In this document: positions 58,491-64,000 of the stretch, in pieces
Numbering within the stretch: the stretch's first letter is position 1
Layout of the letters: each line of letters opens with the position of its first letter
Assembly (NCBI GenBank): GCA_947501935.1
Contig: CANMXU010000015.1
Coordinates: 33,872 to 97,871 of the forward strand
From: an uncultured Alteromonadaceae bacterium
GTDB lineage: Bacteria; Pseudomonadota; Gammaproteobacteria; Enterobacterales; Alteromonadaceae
DNA: 64,000 nt
Direction of reading: 5' to 3'
Position numbers and translations under genes: made by a program
Notes under the pieces: model-generated
Seen by the model: only the letters and a program-made list of their open reading frames with translations
What the model was told of the DNA's origin: nothing
The model's database searches: none

Positions 58491-60965
58491 CACTTTTGGC
58501 TTTTGGCTTTTGGCTTTTGGCTTTTGGCTTTTGGCTTTTGGCTTTTGGCTTTTAGCTGCTACTTTACGATAGCTAATCATGAAAAACATTGCCAATAATA
58601 GCATGAGTTGACTGCTACCTCCGCCACTACTCGCTTGTGGCGTAACCACAATCACTTCTACTTCAATAGTAACATTAACGCTATCACTGGCTGATAAACC
58701 AGTACTGTCTGTCACCGTTAAGGTGAAGGTTAATTCACTGTCTCTTTGCGGGGCAATAAAGTTAGCATTTAGCGCGTTAGCATTATTTATTTCTACGGTT
58801 TCGCCAGCACTTTGTTGCCATAAATAAGTTAAATTATCATCATCAAGGTCGGTCACTGTCGCGGTTAAATTAACTTGTTGACCAGCATTACCAGAAAAAT
58901 CATTACCTATATTAACTTGTGGAACATGTTCACCTTCAGAAGCTGAAATATTAATAGTAGCTAAATTGGGTTGGCCTAAAGTGACGCCATTTTTAGGATC
59001 AAATAAGCGCACCAATAATAATTCTGCGCCTTCAGCAAGGTTATCACTTAGCAGGTTTACGCTAATATTTTTCGTGTTATTGTCGCCATCAGCCCAGTTC
59101 AAACTGCCTGATGCTAAGGTAAAGTCTTCAACATCAGCAGAGCCTGAAACTAACTGCCAATTTACTGCAACAGCATCGCTACTTTGCCCATCGTTTTCGT
59201 CAATACGTTGAACTTCTATATTGACCGCTTGCCCTTCATCACCTTGATATTGGCTCGCATTAAAACGCAAACTGCCTTGAGCGGTAGCCAGAGTATTATC
59301 TTTTAGTATATATAAGCCGCTATTAATATCGCTAACGAGAACATTTCCGCTTGGTAAAAACGGATAAACACCCCACGCGCCATTAAAAGATGCATTATTT
59401 GAAATAGGGTAAGTATCAAAAAAGCCGACTTCACTAGGCAGCAACGGATCGCTAATATCTAATACCGTTAAACCGCGTTCATAATTCGACATATAATAAC
59501 GGTTACCACGTACATAGCCGTTGTGATCTATGGTGCGGGTAGAGCCTGTCCAAGTAGATAATAAAGAAGGTGCGGTTAAATTGGTTATATCAAAAAGCCT
59601 CAGCGTGGTATTTAGTCCTTTTGATTGCTCGTCTAATTCATCGTGCACCAACATCATCATTTTATCTTCGCTATACCAACCAGAATGTACATACGAGGCG
59701 TTAGCATAACTGGTAGTACTTAGTTTTTCTGGCTGAGCATTATTGGTTTTATCCCATAATTGAAAGTCGTTTTCATTAAAATCAAACATCACTTCACAGT
59801 GATCACTACCATTAACACACTGGCTATCTTTACGCTGGTCTTCAATAACCATCGAACTAATATCATGACTATATTGCTGACGATCATTACTAGGTATAGG
59901 GCTGGGCTTATAAACACTGGATAATTGTCTCGGATTTTCCAAACTGTAAGTATTAAAGCCACCGCCATTAAAATTTGATCCGGCAATATGTAAATACGGC
60001 GTTTTCCCCGTTAAAGCCACACCGGTAGAATAGTCAACATTGCTTAAATAAACATTATGAGCACTAATATCAGAGCTGTCATTTGCTGCAACAGTAACGC
60101 TATTTGGTAATTGATTTAAGTCTAAAATCATAATACCAACATTAGCATTATCAGCAGTTACATAGGCGTAGCTCTGCCATTTAGTAAGTTGAATATCAAA
60201 ATACTGATAAATTTTTATGTCACGCCAACCGGTAGTTTCGCTGGCAATAGTATTAATAACACTTGGCGCTGACGGGTTGGAAACATCAACCACACTTACG
60301 CCGTTATCTAAACCGATAATCGCATACTCTTTTTGCGAATTCAGATCGTAATGCCCCCAAATATCATTCGCTTTACCGGGGTTAGTAGAAAAAGAATTTA
60401 AGGGTAAATGCGCAAGCAAATCTATATTGTTACACGGAAAATCACCTGATAAGTTGTCAATGCAAAGACTATTGGTTTGCACTTGCTGAAGTTTTGCATA
60501 ACTTTGTAATTTTCGTGCTAGTACCACACTTTGCACTGAAGCCGGATTATCTTGTGCCTTTTTATCAACAATAACGGTAAAGCCTTTATTTGATAATAGT
60601 TGAACATATTCAGCTGGCACACCAGTTAAATAGGTTAAATTGCTTTGAGCTTTTACCGCGAATAAGTCAGCTCGTTGATAATTTGGAATTACTGGAATTA
60701 AGTCACTGAGTAAATAAAATAAGGTATCAGCATTTTCAATAAAATAACTGCCCTTGCTGACTCTAATTTGGTCGCCTTTATTAGCATTTTGCACTGCATA
60801 AAAAATACTTTTACACGGAGCATTAACGTCATCACAACGGCCAACATCATCACCTGAATCAGCAACATAACGAGCTTTATCATGCTCTGCATGCGCATCA
60901 GCTTGCTTGATAAAACTAACCAGCGCTAACATCAACACACTAACAAAAATTAAATACTTACTCAT
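58479..60965 (-). CDS. Secreted choice-of-anchor-B/LVIVD-repeat protein with Calx-beta and PKD-like domains and a GlyGly-CTERM-like sorting signal followed by a Lys-rich repeat tail
   Basis: 828 aa with signal peptide. FPCNNIDLLAHL plus LVIVD-type repeats (GVSVVDVSNPSAP, GLTVLDISDPLLP, SGLYILK). Calx-beta-like block, then PKD-like (LTYLWQQSAG). SSGGGSSQLMLLLAMFFMISYRK is followed by VAAKSQKPKAKSQKPKAKSQKPKVLKQ. Confidence 0.85.
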   Translation of the reverse strand: MSKYLIFVSVLMLALVSFIKQADAHAEHDKARYVADSGDDVGRCDDVNAPCKSIFYAVQNANKGDQIRVSKGSYFIENADTLFYLLSDLIPVIPNYQRADLFAVKAQSNLTYLTGVPAEYVQLLSNKGFTVIVDKKAQDNPASVQSVVLARKLQSYAKLQQVQTNSLCIDNLSGDFPCNNIDLLAHLPLNSFSTNPGKANDIWGHYDLNSQKEYAIIGLDNGVSVVDVSNPSAPSVINTIASETTGWRDIKIYQYFDIQLTKWQSYAYVTADNANVGIMILDLNQLPNSVTVAANDSSDISAHNVYLSNVDYSTGVALTGKTPYLHIAGSNFNGGGFNTYSLENPRQLSSVYKPSPIPSNDRQQYSHDISSMVIEDQRKDSQCVNGSDHCEVMFDFNENDFQLWDKTNNAQPEKLSTTSYANASYVHSGWYSEDKMMMLVHDELDEQSKGLNTTLRLFDITNLTAPSLLSTWTGSTRTIDHNGYVRGNRYYMSNYERGLTVLDISDPLLPSEVGFFDTYPISNNASFNGAWGVYPFLPSGNVLVSDINSGLYILKDNTLATAQGSLRFNASQYQGDEGQAVNIEVQRIDENDGQSSDAVAVNWQLVSGSADVEDFTLASGSLNWADGDNNTKNISVNLLSDNLAEGAELLLVRLFDPKNGVTLGQPNLATINISASEGEHVPQVNIGNDFSGNAGQQVNLTATVTDLDDDNLTYLWQQSAGETVEINNANALNANFIAPQRDSELTFTLTVTDSTGLSASDSVNVTIEVEVIVVTPQASSGGGSSQLMLLLAMFFMISYRKVAAKSQKPKAKSQKPKAKSQKPKVLKQ
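58493..58555. repeat. Heptanucleotide microsatellite (CTTTTGG)x8 plus one degenerate copy
   Basis: Perfect copies span 58493-58548, followed by CTTTTAG. It starts 2 nt after the NYN gene stop and encodes the (KSQKPKA)n tail of the convergent 828-aa ORF. Confidence 0.95.
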
Positions 60966-61321
60966 AACTTGTCCTGCGTTTCCCTGAGTTTTCTAACTGT
61001 ACAAATGTAGCTGACAATATACAAAAGCTAATCAGCAGCTACTTTTCAGTTAATCCGTTAATAATAGTTGAGGAGTATTTATTCGTCAGGTAAGCGTGCG
61101 TCTAATGCTTTTAGAGAGCGAAGAAATAACTCATAAAGTAAAAACTTTATAATAATAGCGAGTCTTTTTAAACCTTACTAGTTGCGCCTGCAAAGCAGTG
61201 AGACTTAATAAACAACTAACACCTCTCAACGTGATAAAGACAGTGGCAAATTACCAATCCCTTTGTAAGAGCCATTGACATCTGTATTCCACACTACCTA
61301 TGCTCACGGGTTCTCTCTATT

Positions 61322-61353
61322 AAAAATGCCGCTTAGGTTTCCCTATGCGGCAT
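61322..61353 (-). terminator. Rho-independent terminator after the third paralog
   Basis: ATGCCGC-loop-GCGGCAT flanked by A and T runs. Confidence 0.7.
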
Positions 61354-61455
61354 TTTACTTTTTAACTAAATTATGACTTTAGATTAAATAGTGCCTTTAA
61401 CTTAATAATGTAATGTTTTCTCTATCAGTTATCGGCTATTTATCAATCAAAAATT

Positions 61456-64000
61456 TTAGTTTTCAACTAAAGTAATATCATCTACATAACCAGTACCAGA
61501 GCCACCATAAGCGTAAATCGTTGCTGATGTATCCGTTGCACCCGTTGTAAAGGTTATCGTTTTAGTGGCGTAATTTGAGTTAGTCATTGAGCTACCTACA
61601 CGACTACCACTGCCAGCAAAGTCTTTCGCATAAATGCCAACACTGCCTGTAGTTTTCAAAGCCGCGGTCGCTGTATATGAGGTATTAGGTTTTAAGCCAG
61701 TTACTAATGTTTTGATGTCGCCACCAGCATTAATTTTCCCTGCATAACTACCGGTATTGGCATTACTATTTACTCGACTAGAAATGTAATATAACCAAGT
61801 AGTATTTTCTTCAAAACCACCATTTTCAAGTAATGCACTTGGTTCTGGATCAGGATCTGGCGTTGTACCACCGTCTGATACGTCAGCAGTAATGCTTACA
61901 TTGTCAATAAAGGCTTTTTCAGCATTTCGATTGCCATTAGTAGCAAATTGAATAATCACTTGTGATTGATCATTCGCTGCTGCTGGTAAATCAAAGCTCT
62001 TAGTTGCCCAATTTAAATCTTGGGTTACTTCTAGCGTTGACCAGCTTGAACCGTCAACTGACCATTGTACGGTTAAGTTTTCACTACCGGCAAAACCTAA
62101 GGTTTTACGATCATAACTAACGTTTATGCTTTCATAGCCAGAAGTAGAAATGGTTTTACTTAACACTGCACCATTTTTAACACGAGCACCATATGTACTA
62201 TTGTTAGAGGCTGCCGTAGCAATTTCAGTTACGCCGCTACCTTCGTTAGTCCAACCACCAGCAGTTAAAGTACCGCTTTCAAAGTCGTCGCTAAATAGTT
62301 CACCGTCACCTGGTGTACCACCGCCGCCACATGCGCTATCATCAATATCTAAAATTAATTTAGCAGCTGGGCCGTTTTCACGGTCGTTCATATCAAGGCC
62401 GTTGTTAGTACCGTCAGATGAAATTACTACACCATTATTATCGCCGCCATCAATCCAACTTTGCACAACAGCAAGACCAGCATTTGAAATAGCAATAGTG
62501 CGGCTCCCCGTTGTTTCAGGAATAAATGAAGACATTAAGATATCTTGATGACCCGCGCCTGAAAGGCTGTTCCAAGTTGCGTCACCTTCAGTCCAGCTAT
62601 ATTTGCCAGAGTGAACGTTATAGCTACCCGTTGAGTTGTTAGTTACTTGCACTTGAATGCTTGCAGCTGTTACCACATTACAGCTTTCAACACTGCTTAA
62701 GTCCCATGCAATTAAGGCATTTAAGTCACCGTAGGTGCCGTCACCAATATCAGCAAGTAATTGGTCAGCATTATCATCAAAGTTTTGACCAGCTAAAGTT
62801 GCAGAAATAAAGGTATCTGCTGCCGCATCTAGCTCAACATCACCTGTTGGCTGTGGATCAGGATCTGGCGTTGGGTCGGTACCATCACCATCATCAATAA
62901 TTGATAAACCTGAGCCGCTTTGCACTAAGGTCATCACTTCGCCAACTTCGTTTGCACTCCACCAGTTAACACCGGTAGGTAAACGAGTAGAATCATTTTT
63001 ACGTTGATTTGCCGTTAAAGTACTTGCACCAGAATCGAACTGCGCCGTACGCATTTCAACTTTATCTGGTGTTACTGTGATAATTTTAAACTGTTGAATA
63101 CTGGCTGAATCTAAGGTCCATGCATAAGATTTATTTGCTGAACGAGAGTCTGCACCCCAGCTACCTTCACCAGCGAAAACTGTACCGCCATTGGTTGTTA
63201 CAGCAAAACTACTACCACTTGGCTTAACCGCTTTAGTTACTTTATTTAAATGAGTATCTGATTCAATAACAAGGTTCATACCGTTATCATAGAAGGTATC
63301 AGCCCACCACGTAACTAACTGTGGATTTTCATCTTTACTTGAAAGGTGTGGGAAGAAAGGTTTGTGATACTGACCAAAACGCCAAGTGGCGCTGCCGCCA
63401 TTATTTTCCATATCGCTTTTAAGCCAATCTCTTTGTTCTCTGCCTTCAGTTGACCAACCACTTTCTTGATATTGTGAGTTTAAAGTATAAACACGTAGTA
63501 AATCACCTACGTTGAATGCGCCGTAAGTATCATCAGTAGTACATTTTCCGTCACCGTCAAAGTCTACACCCCATACACGACAAAGTGATTTATAGTCGTC
63601 GTCTTCATGGTTACCTAAAGTAGGTACTAATGGATAGATACGCTTATAAGCAGTTCCGTCGATAGTGTCTGAAGAGAAAGTATCTTCCCAATCAGCAAAA
63701 AATTGTTTCATTTGTGAGGTATTATTATCATCAGTGAAATCACCACCGTGCATAATAAATAAAGGACGAATCTTAGCTAATAGTTCGTTACCTTTACGGC
63801 GAGTTGACCAGCCTGAACGAGTATCGCCACCAGCTAACATTACAAATGGGCTATTATCGTCAGGTGCTGTTTTAAACCAAAAACGATCGCCACAGCTTGT
63901 ACCTTCACATACACGGTAATAAACCGGAGAATTAGCAGGTAAGCCGGTTAAACGCACAAAGTGACTTTCGAAGTTACCATCAAAAGTTTCCGTATTATTT
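61456..64000 (-). CDS. Second copy of the metallophosphoesterase + DNRLRE + beta-sandwich + CBM4_9-like secreted protein (5' end runs off the window)
   Basis: The track ORF starts at an internal Met (63957). The frame stays open to position 64000, and the extra residues (..NNTETFDGNFESHFVRLTG) align with ..ANTETFDGSLKSHFVRLTG of the 910-aa paralog. Confidence 0.85.
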   Translation of the reverse strand, partial: NNTETFDGNFESHFVRLTGLPANSPVYYRVCEGTSCGDRFWFKTAPDDNSPFVMLAGGDTRSGWSTRRKGNELLAKIRPLFIMHGGDFTDDNNTSQMKQFFADWEDTFSSDTIDGTAYKRIYPLVPTLGNHEDDDYKSLCRVWGVDFDGDGKCTTDDTYGAFNVGDLLRVYTLNSQYQESGWSTEGREQRDWLKSDMENNGGSATWRFGQYHKPFFPHLSSKDENPQLVTWWADTFYDNGMNLVIESDTHLNKVTKAVKPSGSSFAVTTNGGTVFAGEGSWGADSRSANKSYAWTLDSASIQQFKIITVTPDKVEMRTAQFDSGASTLTANQRKNDSTRLPTGVNWWSANEVGEVMTLVQSGSGLSIIDDGDGTDPTPDPDPQPTGDVELDAAADTFISATLAGQNFDDNADQLLADIGDGTYGDLNALIAWDLSSVESCNVVTAASIQVQVTNNSTGSYNVHSGKYSWTEGDATWNSLSGAGHQDILMSSFIPETTGSRTIAISNAGLAVVQSWIDGGDNNGVVISSDGTNNGLDMNDRENGPAAKLILDIDDSACGGGGTPGDGELFSDDFESGTLTAGGWTNEGSGVTEIATAASNNSTYGARVKNGAVLSKTISTSGYESINVSYDRKTLGFAGSENLTVQWSVDGSSWSTLEVTQDLNWATKSFDLPAAANDQSQVIIQFATNGNRNAEKAFIDNVSITADVSDGGTTPDPDPEPSALLENGGFEENTTWLYYISSRVNSNANTGSYAGKINAGGDIKTLVTGLKPNTSYTATAALKTTGSVGIYAKDFAGSGSRVGSSMTNSNYATKTITFTTGATDTSATIYAYGGSGTGYVDDITLVEN

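Noticed and set aside
58493-58555. Possible CRISPR-like or regulatory repeat array
   Set aside because: The units are 7 nt, directly tandem and have no spacers. This is a microsatellite, not CRISPR, and no cas genes are present in the window.
61180-61215. c-di-GMP (GEMM-I-like) riboswitch upstream of the 828-aa surface protein, prompted by CTGCAAAGCAG
   Set aside because: The motif is on the plus strand while the gene is on the minus strand. The other conserved GEMM-I elements were not found on either strand.
47533-64000. Repeated ~0.8-2.5 kb homologous segments as mobile elements or IS copies
   Set aside because: The repeats are in-frame protein modules of secreted enzymes. I saw no transposase, integrase, terminal inverted repeats or target-site duplications.

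Overview
This 64-kb chromosomal window comes from a low-GC marine gammaproteobacterium. Gene order and protein sequences look Alteromonadales/Colwellia-like, but that is inference and no search was run. I count about 55 protein-coding genes. I found no rRNA, tRNA, CRISPR array, transposase, integrase or phage gene. Most of the window is housekeeping in E. coli-like syntenic blocks: fxsA-groES-groEL, dsbD, aroQ-accB-accC, gpmM-envC-yibQ divergent from yibN-grxC-secB-gpsA, trmL, fieF, pldB, cpxP divergent from cpxRA, psd-rsgA and orn. Signalling genes are interleaved: an SSF-fused CrbS-like hybrid kinase, two GGDEF/EAL proteins and a BlaI/BlaR1-TonB pair. So are secreted or accessory genes. The most unusual content is three paralogous secreted proteins (47.5-50.3 kb, 51.0-53.1 kb, 61.5 kb to the window edge). 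All three end in the same ~270-aa two-module carbohydrate-binding-like cassette. Two carry it behind a metallophosphoesterase plus DNRLRE-type domain. The third carries it behind an unrecognised ~430-aa domain. They are separated by unusually long AT-rich spacers. Other notable items:
- A lipoprotein fusing PKD, two DUF1566/Lcl-CTD modules and a sulfatase.
- A choice-of-anchor-B/GlyGly-CTERM protein whose 3' end is an 8-copy heptanucleotide repeat.
- A tightly overlapped PBP-like/porin-like/GGDEF-EAL operon.
- Two conserved small genes (DUF3012 lipoprotein, Pmp3/YqaE) missing from the ORF track.
- Three 5-7 nt microsatellites, each at a convergent gene junction.
- Several stable hairpins over ribosome-binding regions.
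All domain calls rest on motifs read by eye. No database search was possible.
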